From a bacterium (GTDB lineage: Bacteria; Bacillota; Clostridia; Christensenellales; Aristaeellaceae): 64,000 nucleotides of DNA. Made by a program: the position numbers and the translations under genes. The notes beneath the pieces were generated by a model that worked only from the letters and a program-made list of their open reading frames with translations, did not search any database and was not told where the DNA came from. Positions 34,671 through 42,897 of this stretch are shown here, piece after piece (within the stretch, counting starts at the first letter, position 1; each line of letters starts with the position of its first letter). The stretch is taken from the NCBI GenBank assembly GCA_963618055.1, contig CAVERI010000006.1:431-64430 (forward strand), in the 5' to 3' direction.

Positions 34671-36041
34671 ATGAAACAGCCGAAGAGCAATTTTCTGACG
34701 GGGCCGATTCTTCCGGCTCTATTGAGGTTTTCCATTCCCGTGCTGCTGGCGCTATTGCTGCAGGCGCTGTACGGCGCGGTTGACCTTTGGGCCGTGGGCA
34801 GATTCGGCACCACGGCGGACGTGTCCGCCGTCGCCACGGGCTCGCAGGCCATGCAGATCATCACCGGCTTTGTCACCGGCCTTTCCATGGGAACCACGGT
34901 GCTGCTGGGAAGCTGCGCGGGGCGCAGGGATCACGACGGCGCGGCGAAGACCATCGGAAGCAGCCTGTGGATATTTGGAGGCCTCGGCGCAATCCTGACC
35001 ATCGTCACCGTGCTGGCCGCGCCGTGGATTGCCCGCGCGACCAACGCGCCGGACGAAGCGTTTTCCCAGACGGTTTCCTATATCCGCATCTGCGGCGCGG
35101 GCAGCCTGTTTATCGTGGCGTATAATCTCATCAGCGCCATTTTCCGCGGGTTCGGAGACGCGAAATCGCCTCTCTGTTTTGTGATGATCGCCTGCGTGAC
35201 GAACATCATCGGCGATATTACCCTTACAAGGTTCATCCCCATGGGCGCGTCGGGCGCGGCCATTGCGACGGTGGCGGCGCAGGCCGTCAGCGTGGGCCTG
35301 TCGCTGGCGCTGGTTCGAAGGAGGGGGTTACCCTTCGCTGTGGAAAAAGGGCGTCTGCGATTTGACAGGGAAAACGCAGGCGGTATCCTGAGACTGGGGG
35401 CGCCGATTGCCCTGCAAAGCATGTGCAGCGAGGTTTCCTATCTTATTTTGCTGGGCTTTGTCAACGCGCTCGGCGAGGTGGCCTCGGCCGGCGTGGGAAT
35501 TGCCGAAAAGCTGGTCATGTTCATCCTGCTGATTCCCACCTCCTATATGCAGTCGATCTCCGCGTTTGTGGCGCAGAACGACGGAGCGGGACAGATGGAA
35601 CGCGCGAAAAAGTCGATGTGGCTGGGAATGCTGACCGCCGCTGTCTCAGGCGGTATGCTGGCTTATTTATCCTTTTTCCACGGAGCGGCGCTTTCTACGC
35701 TCTTTATCAACAGCAGCGAAACGGCGGTGCTGAACGCCTCGGCGGAATTTCTGAAAGCGACCAGCCTCGAGTGCTTCATTCTCTCGATTGCCTATTGCAT
35801 TGTCGGCTACTTCAACGGCGTGGAACGGACAACCTTCGTTATGGTGCAGGGACTTTTGTCTATCTTCCTTGTGAAGCTTCCCTATGCGTGGTTTGCCAGC
35901 ACGCAGCCTGAGCCAAGCCTGTTCCAGATTGGCATGTCCACGGCGTGGTCGGCCGCGTTCACCCTGCTTTTGTGCGCGGGCTATTACATCTATTGCAGCC
36001 GGAAGGATCGGCCCTCAAACGCGAAAGGAAGATCCGCCTGA
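34671..36041 (+). CDS. MATE-family efflux transporter
   Basis: 456 aa, 12 TM. The N-terminal GPILPALLRFSIPVLLALLLQALYGAVDLWAVGRFG is the typical MatE motif. Confidence 0.9.
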   Translation: MKQPKSNFLTGPILPALLRFSIPVLLALLLQALYGAVDLWAVGRFGTTADVSAVATGSQAMQIITGFVTGLSMGTTVLLGSCAGRRDHDGAAKTIGSSLWIFGGLGAILTIVTVLAAPWIARATNAPDEAFSQTVSYIRICGAGSLFIVAYNLISAIFRGFGDAKSPLCFVMIACVTNIIGDITLTRFIPMGASGAAIATVAAQAVSVGLSLALVRRRGLPFAVEKGRLRFDRENAGGILRLGAPIALQSMCSEVSYLILLGFVNALGEVASAGVGIAEKLVMFILLIPTSYMQSISAFVAQNDGAGQMERAKKSMWLGMLTAAVSGGMLAYLSFFHGAALSTLFINSSETAVLNASAEFLKATSLECFILSIAYCIVGYFNGVERTTFVMVQGLLSIFLVKLPYAWFASTQPEPSLFQIGMSTAWSAAFTLLLCAGYYIYCSRKDRPSNAKGRSA

Positions 36042-36181
36042 AGTGCCCGCTCCGCATTAACAAATTGTGCGCTTTACAATTGCACTTTCGCTGTTGGACG
36101 GAGCGGAACTGTCAGAATAAGCACCTTTCCCGCAGCGGAATGCTGATCGGGAAAGGTGCTTGGCTATGGTGGTGTAGGGAT

Positions 36182-37465
36182 TTACATGTCGCGAACCCAG
36201 ATGCAGGGGCGGACGGCGATGTTGGGGGTGGTGGCGGGGAGGCCGAAGTTGGAGATTTGGCCGTCGCCATTGACGCAGGCGGCTTCGTTTTTCTCGCTGC
36301 CGGGGGAGCGAAGCCACCAGACGCAGCCGGTATCGTCGGCGGCTTTATTGTCGCTATTCGCGCCGGTGGTGTCGGCGGGGTCGGCTTCGCATTTGCGCTT
36401 GGTAGAAAGCTTGCGGCGAAGCAGCGCGTTCACCTCCGAAAGGCTCAGGAGGAACACGTGGTCGTCGGTGGAACTGCCCGCGTCGGTGTTGCAATAGGTG
36501 TTTTTGTCGGCGGTTACGGGGATTTTCAGAATATGCGGCTTCTCGTAGTCGTTGAACGCGGCGCGATAGAAGTCGCCGTTAAGCCACGCGCGGAGCGAGC
36601 ACGTTTCCCAGCTTACGGGCTCGTCAACGTCGTGATAGGAGCGCTTTGCGACAGCCTTGCGGCTGAGAAGCAGCTTTCGGTTTCCTTCCTCCGCCAGCAC
36701 GTCCCACACAATCGGCTCGCCGCTTCCCTGCGGCCAGCTGCCGACGAACAGGGGCGCCCGCTCTTCGTCCTCATCTGTTTTCGAAGCGCCGAACGGGGCT
36801 TCCTCATGGTTGGGAATCGAGGAATCTGCCGAGTCGCCGCCGTTAAAGCCGGATGATTCAAAATCCTCTGAAGCTGTGTCGTCAAAACGGGGCGCTTTGA
36901 ATTTCGGAGCTTTGCCGCCAAAACGATGCGGCTTGAACGCTTCCGGCATATCATCCGGAATGTTGTCGGGATTGAATTCGTCGAAATCCTCCGGCTTGTC
37001 GCCGCCGGGATTTTCCGAAGCGTCACCGGTATAAGGCGAGTGGGAACCTGCGAAGGTTCCGAAGTGGGGCGCTTCATACGCGGGCGCGCCGGAGGCCGAC
37101 GGATTGTCCGCGAAGTGCGGGGGAACTCCGTAGTCCGGGTCGAAGTCGTATTTCGCGTCGCGGCGGCCGGGGAAGAGGTCGCGCAGGGAAGAGAGCGCGC
37201 GCCTGAACGTACCCGGACGATCGAACAGCGCGCCGGCGATCCAGAGAAGGCCGCCGTACAGGGCGTAGGCGCACAGCGCGGTATGGAAGTTCAGCCAGCT
37301 GAACGCGGTGCGGGAGACGGTTCCGACGGTCTCTGTGCAGACGCTGGTCGCGACGGCCAGCGCGACGCCGCCGACCCACACGAGGCACGCCGCCGCGCGC
37401 AGAATCGTCTTGCCGACGGGCGTGCGGCCGGAAGAACGGTTTGGAGAATGGAACGTATGCGTCAA
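36182..37465 (-). CDS. membrane-anchored protein with a long disordered linker and a C-terminal DUF6273-like domain
   Basis: TTG start at 37465 with AGGAGGA 7 nt upstream. There are two TM helices, then a low-complexity D/P/F/G-rich linker, then IVWDVLAEEGNRKLLLS...LRAWLNGDFYRAAF...DHVFLLSLSE...VWWLRSPG...RPCIWV. Confidence 0.75.
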   Translation of the reverse strand: MTHTFHSPNRSSGRTPVGKTILRAAACLVWVGGVALAVATSVCTETVGTVSRTAFSWLNFHTALCAYALYGGLLWIAGALFDRPGTFRRALSSLRDLFPGRRDAKYDFDPDYGVPPHFADNPSASGAPAYEAPHFGTFAGSHSPYTGDASENPGGDKPEDFDEFNPDNIPDDMPEAFKPHRFGGKAPKFKAPRFDDTASEDFESSGFNGGDSADSSIPNHEEAPFGASKTDEDEERAPLFVGSWPQGSGEPIVWDVLAEEGNRKLLLSRKAVAKRSYHDVDEPVSWETCSLRAWLNGDFYRAAFNDYEKPHILKIPVTADKNTYCNTDAGSSTDDHVFLLSLSEVNALLRRKLSTKRKCEADPADTTGANSDNKAADDTGCVWWLRSPGSEKNEAACVNGDGQISNFGLPATTPNIAVRPCIWVRDM

Positions 37466-37501
37466 CTTCGATTCCTCCTGTTTCTGTATTCTGATGCTGA
37501 A

Positions 37502-37531
37502 ACGCCCACCTTTCGAAGGAAAGGCGGGCGT
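37502..37531 (-). terminator. putative terminator after rpmF
   Basis: A 13-bp stem with a GAAG/CTTC loop. The single non-Watson-Crick position is G-U on the minus-strand RNA but A-C on the plus strand. The T-tract is short. Confidence 0.55.
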
Positions 37532-37546
37532 TTTTCAGAGGCGAGA

Positions 37547-37738
37547 TTACTTGGCTTCGTCCTCGACCTTGATTACCTGCTGGCCATCATAATAGCCACA
37601 GGACTTGCACACGCGGTGCGAAAGCTTCATTTTTCCGCACTTGGGGCACTTCACGATGCCCGGGAGAGACAGCTTCCAGTGCGCGGAACGACGGGAATCT
37701 CTTCTCGCCTTCGAAACTTTTCCTTTCGGTGTTGCCAT
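37547..37738 (-). CDS. rpmF: 50S ribosomal protein L32
   Basis: MATPKGKVSKARRDSRRSAHWK...CPKCGKMKLSHRVCKSCGYY. ATG 37738 lies 7 nt after GGAGG. The track starts two codons earlier at a GTG. Confidence 0.9.
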   Translation of the reverse strand: MATPKGKVSKARRDSRRSAHWKLSLPGIVKCPKCGKMKLSHRVCKSCGYYDGQQVIKVEDEAK

Positions 37739-37740
37739 GG

Positions 37741-38247
37741 TCACACCTCCTCATTGTTTTGGTCGGTTAATAATCTACTCAATGCCGAAAAGGGATTTCC
37801 GGCCTCGCCGGCCTTTGGGCATGTGCATAGCTCCGTGTTCAGGTCTTTTCCGCAAACCGGACAAAGTCCCTTGCAGTCCTCGCGGCAGAGAAAGCGCATC
37901 GGCAGATCCAGAAGCAAGGCTTCCTCGACCGCCGCGGCTAAGTCAATCTCGTGCCCCTCCAGCGGGTACTTGTCTCCGTCGTCGCCGCCGCGCACGAATT
38001 CGCCCTTCAGCTCCGCGCTCAGGGGTTTCTGAACGGGCTTCAGGCAGTTCGCGCAATGGGCGTGAACCACGGCTTCAATCGTGCCGCTGACGTTGACCGT
38101 TTCGTCCGCTCCAAAGTATTCGCCGCGGAAAACCACGTTCGAAAAGGAAATCTCGTCGCCCATGATCTCGCAGGGATCAAAGGTGAAGGACATTTCGAGC
38201 GGGTAAATCTGCCCGGGATACTTGAGCGCCTTGGATACGTCCAGCAT
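37741..38247 (-). CDS. yceD: YceD/DUF177 family protein
   Basis: C-terminal LDLPMRFLCREDCKGLCPVCGKDLN, in the conserved position immediately upstream of rpmF. Confidence 0.85.
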   Translation of the reverse strand: MLDVSKALKYPGQIYPLEMSFTFDPCEIMGDEISFSNVVFRGEYFGADETVNVSGTIEAVVHAHCANCLKPVQKPLSAELKGEFVRGGDDGDKYPLEGHEIDLAAAVEEALLLDLPMRFLCREDCKGLCPVCGKDLNTELCTCPKAGEAGNPFSALSRLLTDQNNEEV

Positions 38248-38340
38248 AGAAACGGAATCCCTCCACTACAGCCTTTATAGTATACTCGCACAAAGGGGTT
38301 TTGTAAAGTTATTTCTTTGAGCGCCTTTGTGCGCGCGGGC

Positions 38341-39549
38341 TTATTTGCCCTCGGTGAGCGCCAGCGTATCCAGCGCGATCGCCAGCTCCTCGTTGGTGGG
38401 GATGACCCAGACCTGAACGGGCGCGCCGTCCCTGGAGATGCAGGCCTCCTCGCCGCGAACCTTGTTCTTGGCATCGTCGATCTCAATGCCTAAGAAGGAC
38501 AGACCCTCGCACACCTTGGCGCGGCCGGCGCCGTCGTTTTCGCCGATGCCGGCGGTGAAGATCAGCGCGTCGATTCCGCCCATCGCCGCAGCGTAGGCGC
38601 CGATGTACTTGCGGATGCCGTAGGCCCACATATCGAGCGCCAGCTGAGCGTCCTTGTTGCCCTCGTTCGCGGCCGTGTTCACGTCGCGCATGTCGCTGGA
38701 AGCGCCGCTGATGCCCAGAAGGCCGCTCTTTTTATTGAGAATGTTCAGCGTCTCGGTGACGGAGATGCGCTCGTTGTTGGCGATGCACTCGACGACGGCG
38801 GGATCCAGCGAGCCGGAGCGGGTGCCCATCAGAACGCCCTCCAGCGGCGTGAGACCCATGGAGGTGTCCACGCACCTGCCGTTCACGACCGCGGACAGCG
38901 AGGAGCCGTTGCCAAGGTGGCAGATGACGATCTTGTCCGCCTTCTTGCCGTTCGCCTTCAGAATTTCGATGGCGCGGCCGGACACGAAGCGGTGGCTGGT
39001 GCCGTGGAAGCCGTAGCGGCGGATGGCGTATTTCTTATAATACTCCATCGGGATGCCGTACATATAGGCCTCCGGCGGCATGGTCTGATGGAATGCGGTG
39101 TCGAACACGGCCACCTGCGGCGTGCCGGGCATGACCGCCTCGCAGGCCAGAATGCCCTGCAGGTTGGCAGGGTTGTGGAGCGGGCCAAGGGGGAAGCAGT
39201 CGCGAATGGCCTTCTTGCACGCGTCGTCCACGATGCAGCTGGCAGTGAACTTGTCGCCGCCGTGCAGCACGCGGTGGCCGACTGCGCCGATTTCCTTCAC
39301 GTCCGCGATCACGCCGTGATCCTTGTCCACCAGCGCCTCCAGAACCATCTGGATGGCGGAGGTGTGATCCTTGAAGCAGGTGTCCACGATGAACTTCTCT
39401 TCGCAGTCCGCACCGTATTTATGGGTGAGCTTGCCGGTCTCCATGCCGATGCGCTCGGCCAGACCCTTGGCGATGACCAGCTGGGTATCCATGTCGATCA
39501 GCTGATATTTGAGGGAGGAGGAACCGGCGTTAATGACGAGAATTTTCAT
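38341..39549 (-). CDS. ackA: acetate kinase
   Basis: MKILVINAGSSSLKYQL..., HRVLHGG, FDTAFHQTMP, YGFHGTSH and HLGNGSS. Confidence 0.95.
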   Translation of the reverse strand: MKILVINAGSSSLKYQLIDMDTQLVIAKGLAERIGMETGKLTHKYGADCEEKFIVDTCFKDHTSAIQMVLEALVDKDHGVIADVKEIGAVGHRVLHGGDKFTASCIVDDACKKAIRDCFPLGPLHNPANLQGILACEAVMPGTPQVAVFDTAFHQTMPPEAYMYGIPMEYYKKYAIRRYGFHGTSHRFVSGRAIEILKANGKKADKIVICHLGNGSSLSAVVNGRCVDTSMGLTPLEGVLMGTRSGSLDPAVVECIANNERISVTETLNILNKKSGLLGISGASSDMRDVNTAANEGNKDAQLALDMWAYGIRKYIGAYAAAMGGIDALIFTAGIGENDGAGRAKVCEGLSFLGIEIDDAKNKVRGEEACISRDGAPVQVWVIPTNEELAIALDTLALTEGK

Positions 39550-39565
39550 GAAGCTTTCTCCTTTG

Positions 39566-40549
39566 TTACTGCGCCTGAACGGCGGTAATCGCGACGGTGG
39601 CGACGATGTCGTCCACGGAGCAGCCGCGGCTCAGATCGTTGCAGGGCTTGGCAATGCCCTGAAGGATGGGGCCGTAGGCCTCGGCCTTGCCGAAGCGCTG
39701 CACGAGCTTATAGCCGATGTTGCCCGCCTGCAGGTCGGGGAACACGAGCACGTTGGCGTGTCCCGCGACCTCGCTGCCGGGCGCCTTCAGCGCGCCGACG
39801 GAGGGCACGATGGCCGCGTCCAGCTGCAATTCGCCGTCCAGCTTGAGGTCGGGCGCGAGCTCCTTGGCAAGGCGGGTGGCTTCCTGCACCTTGGTCACGT
39901 TGTCATGCTTGGCGCTGCCCTTGGTGGAGAAGGAAAGCATGGCGACCTTCGGCTCGATGCCGGCCAGCGTGCGGGCGCTCTCGGCGGCCGCGACGGCGAT
40001 GTTGGCCAGCTCCTCGGCGGTGGGGTTCGGGATGACGGCGCAGTCGGAGAAGATCATCACGCCGTATTCCTCAATGGGGGATTCCATCATGAAGCAGGAG
40101 GACACGGTTTTGATGCCGGGCTTGCACTTGATGATCTGCAGCGCGGGGCGCAGCATGTCGCCGGTGGAATGAACTGCGCCGGACACGAGACCGTCGGCGT
40201 CGCCCATCTTCACCATCATCACGCCGTAGAACATGGGATCCTGCACCTTCTTGGCGGCTTCCTCCTCAGTCATGCCCTTGGCCTTGCGCAGCTCGTACAG
40301 GGCGGAGGCGTAGGACGCGGCCTTCTCGCTGGTCTTGGGATTCACAATTTCGATGCCGCACAGGCAGGTGTTCGTTTCGGCGGCGACGGCCTTTACCTTC
40401 TCGGGATCGCCGAGAATGGTCAGCTTCGCAATGCCCGCGTCCGCGATTTTGCGGGCCGCCTGAATATTTCTGGTTTCCTCGCCCTCGGGCAGCACGATGT
40501 GCTTCACGTTGGACTTTGCCTGCGCAATGATTTTGTCAATGATCGCCAT
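39566..40549 (-). CDS. pta: phosphate acetyltransferase
   Basis: The true start is ATG 40549 (MAIIDKIIAQAKSNVKHIVLPEGEETR...), with GGGAGG upstream. The protein is 327 aa and ends ...DLSRGCSVDDIVATVAITAVQAQ. The 372-aa upstream extension in the track is rejected. Confidence 0.95.
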   Translation of the reverse strand: MAIIDKIIAQAKSNVKHIVLPEGEETRNIQAARKIADAGIAKLTILGDPEKVKAVAAETNTCLCGIEIVNPKTSEKAASYASALYELRKAKGMTEEEAAKKVQDPMFYGVMMVKMGDADGLVSGAVHSTGDMLRPALQIIKCKPGIKTVSSCFMMESPIEEYGVMIFSDCAVIPNPTAEELANIAVAAAESARTLAGIEPKVAMLSFSTKGSAKHDNVTKVQEATRLAKELAPDLKLDGELQLDAAIVPSVGALKAPGSEVAGHANVLVFPDLQAGNIGYKLVQRFGKAEAYGPILQGIAKPCNDLSRGCSVDDIVATVAITAVQAQ

Positions 40550-40777
40550 GGTTATAGCCTCCCGACAGAAATTCATGTATTCGCGGCCGACGCCGCACAT
40601 TTCTTCCATAATATTATATACCACATTCGCCGATTTGGCAAATGCGTGCGGCGGCTGACGCGTTAAGTTGCGCGAAAGAATCTTGCGCGGCCGGAAGGAA
40701 GGCCGTAAATTGGTTGCAATCTGCGGCGGAATATGGTATGATTGTGGTGAATCGAAAGCAAAAAGGAGAAACAAACG

Positions 40778-41347
40778 ATGAAAAAGCTTCTGTCCGTTCT
40801 TCTGGCGCTGGTACTCATGCTGGGCTGCGCGAGCGCGCTCGCAGAGGCGGCCTCCGCGCAGAGCAATCTGGAAACCTTCGATTTCGGGGATTTCACCATG
40901 ACCTTCGACGCCGATATGGTCGGTGAGATTTCGGACGAGAAGGTCGAAAATCAGGTGTATTTCCAGCTGTTCCCCTTCTATGATGAGAATTCCGCGTTCA
41001 ACCCGACCATCAACTGCGTGTGGAATTCCGCTGTGGAAGACCTGACCCAGATCGACGCGAACGAGTTCGCTGCCGCCGTTATGCAGGCCATGCTGGCGCA
41101 GTATGAGGCAATGGGTCTGAAGGCCGAGAACGCCCTGATTCTGATGGCTGTGCCCGACGAGCAGGACGGCAAGTACGCGATTTCCTATCTGGCGCAGTAT
41201 ACCCTCGAAGGCACTACCCTGTACATGATGCAGGCCGTCGTGTCCGACGCAGCGTTCGGCACCTATACTTTCACCGTGACCTTCGTCAATCTTGAACAGG
41301 CGGAGGCGCTCACCGAAATCGTCAACACCATCAAGTGGACGAAGTAA
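40778..41347 (+). CDS. hypothetical lipoprotein
   Basis: AAGGAGA RBS. Signal peptide with a lipobox-like LMLGC (MKKLLSVLLALVLMLGCASA). Confidence 0.7.
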   Translation: MKKLLSVLLALVLMLGCASALAEAASAQSNLETFDFGDFTMTFDADMVGEISDEKVENQVYFQLFPFYDENSAFNPTINCVWNSAVEDLTQIDANEFAAAVMQAMLAQYEAMGLKAENALILMAVPDEQDGKYAISYLAQYTLEGTTLYMMQAVVSDAAFGTYTFTVTFVNLEQAEALTEIVNTIKWTK

Positions 41348-41365
41348 GCATCTTTTGCAAATTGT

Positions 41366-41398
41366 CCGCAGAGTCCTTCGGGGCTTTGCGGATTTTTT
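41366..41398 (+). terminator. intrinsic terminator after the lipoprotein gene
   Basis: An 11-bp stem, CCGCAGAGTCC / GGGCTTTGCGG (two G-U pairs), a TTCG tetraloop, then ATTTTTT. Confidence 0.8.
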
Positions 41399-41408
41399 CA
41401 TTTTTGGC

Positions 41409-41437
41409 TTGCAACGGGGCGGGAATCGTGTCATAAT
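41409..41437 (+). promoter_or_regulatory. promoter of the LytTR regulator/kinase pair
   Basis: TTGCAA (41409-41414), 17 nt, TGtCATAAT (CATAAT at 41432-41437). Confidence 0.5.
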
Positions 41438-41468
41438 GCCAGCAGAGAAGAGATGGGCGGGTGAGCGC

Positions 41469-42170
41469 ATGGGGTATCGGATTGCCATCTGCGACGACGA
41501 GCGCGCACAGGCAGAGGAGCTGCGGGCGCTGGTTCTCGCGTGGGGAAGGGACGCGGGCGCGGACTGCGCGGTGGAGATTTTCGCGAGCGCGGAGGCGTTT
41601 CTGTTTGCCCGTGAGGGCGGCGGAGTGTTTGACATTCTGCTGCTGGACGTGGAAATGTCGGGCATGAGCGGGCTTGAGCTGGCCCGCCGGCTGCGGGCGG
41701 ACGGGGATCACGCGCAGATTGCGTTCATCACGTCTCACTTTGAATTTGTGGCCGAGGGCTACGACGTGGAGGCGCTGAACTATCTGGTGAAGCCCGTGAC
41801 GCGGGAAAAGCTGTTCGCGGTGCTTTCGCGCGCGGCCGAGCGGCTGGCGGTGGAGCCGCCGTATGTGCTGGTCGCGAGTGACGGGGAGACGGTGAAGCTG
41901 TATGAATCGGAGATTCTGTATGTGGAGTCGTTTCTGCACGAGCTGGTTATTCACGCGAAGGGGCGTGAGTATCGCGTTCGGGAGCCGATTTCCGCGCTCG
42001 AGGGACGGCTCAGCGCGGACTTCTTCCGCGTGCATCGGTCGTATCTGGTAAATCTGAAGGCCGTGCGCCGCATCGGGCGCGCGTCGGTCGCGCTGGAGGG
42101 CGGGGCGGAGGTTCCCGTCGCCCGCGGCAAGTATGACGACATCAACCGCGCGTTTATCGCGAGAAACTGA
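41469..42170 (+). CDS. LytTR-family response regulator
   Basis: Receiver domain (IAICDDE...ILLLDVEMSGMSG...YLVKP) plus a LytTR DNA-binding domain (ILYVES...FFRVHRSYLVNL). The start is taken at ATG 41469. Confidence 0.9.
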   Translation: MGYRIAICDDERAQAEELRALVLAWGRDAGADCAVEIFASAEAFLFAREGGGVFDILLLDVEMSGMSGLELARRLRADGDHAQIAFITSHFEFVAEGYDVEALNYLVKPVTREKLFAVLSRAAERLAVEPPYVLVASDGETVKLYESEILYVESFLHELVIHAKGREYRVREPISALEGRLSADFFRVHRSYLVNLKAVRRIGRASVALEGGAEVPVARGKYDDINRAFIARN

Positions 42171-42177
42171 GGGCAGC

Positions 42178-42828
42178 ATGCTGAAGCATACCTATCTGAA
42201 GCTGGTTGAGATGCAGGAGGAGCAGGCGAAGCGCCATCTGGAGGAGGTTCGCGTGATTCACAGCGAGATGCGCGGCTACAAGCACGACTTCCACCACCAT
42301 CTGCAGGCGCTGAAGGGGCAGCTGGAAGCGGGCGAGACGGAGCGCGCGCTCGCCTACATCGAGCAGCTCGACCGAAGCCTGCAAAGCGTGGACACGCTTT
42401 TGAAGACCGGCAACGTGACCGTGGACGCGCTTTTGTCGGCGAAGCTGGCGCAGGCGCGGTCGGAGGGCATATCCGTGGACGTGCAGGCGAACCTGCCGGA
42501 TACGCTTGCGCTGACCGACGTGGAGCTGAGCATCGTCATCGGGAACCTTTTGGACAACGCCGTTGAGGCCTGCCGGGCGGCGTCGGGGCGGAAATTCATT
42601 CGCCTGTCCATCCGGATGAAGGGCAGCATGATGTATTTTTACCTTTTGAATTCCGCGGGCGCGAAGCAGAAAAAGGTCGGCTCGCTGTTCCGCACGGGGA
42701 AGAGCGGCGCGCACGGCTTCGGGCTGCACCGCGCCGAGGCGATTTTAAAAAAGCACGGCGGGTGGGTGAAGTACAACAGCGAGGACGGCGCGTTCACCTC
42801 CGAATTTCTGGTTCCCGCGGTTCGCTGA
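42178..42828 (+). CDS. GHKL-domain histidine kinase (AgrC/SpoOB-type dimerisation + ATPase) lacking any transmembrane sensor domain
   Basis: 216 aa from ATG 42178. H-box MRGYKHDFHHHLQAL, N box VIGNLLDNAVEA, and G box GAHGFGLHRAEAIL. There is no hydrophobic segment anywhere. Confidence 0.8.
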   Translation: MLKHTYLKLVEMQEEQAKRHLEEVRVIHSEMRGYKHDFHHHLQALKGQLEAGETERALAYIEQLDRSLQSVDTLLKTGNVTVDALLSAKLAQARSEGISVDVQANLPDTLALTDVELSIVIGNLLDNAVEACRAASGRKFIRLSIRMKGSMMYFYLLNSAGAKQKKVGSLFRTGKSGAHGFGLHRAEAILKKHGGWVKYNSEDGAFTSEFLVPAVR

Positions 42829-42834
42829 ATGCAA

Positions 42835-42879
42835 TTCGTGCACTGACAGACGCAGTTGGTGCACGAACTGTGTTTTTTT
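42835..42879 (+). terminator. intrinsic terminator between the kinase gene and the ABC exporter genes
   Basis: TTCGTGCAC (42835-42843) pairs with GTGCACGAA (42859-42867), followed by CTGTGTTTTTTT (T7 at 42873-42879). Confidence 0.7.
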
Positions 42880-42897
42880 GCGGGCGATTGTGCTATC

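Noticed and set aside
36044-36160. Nested hairpins between the convergent MATE and DUF6273-like genes (CCGCTCCG/CGGAGCGG enclosing an AT-rich palindrome, then AAGCACCTTTCCC/GGGAAAGGTGCTT), considered as a possible structured ncRNA.
   Set aside because: The location between convergent genes and the simple stem-loops are adequately explained by two transcription terminators. There is no promoter and no conserved-motif evidence for an independent RNA.
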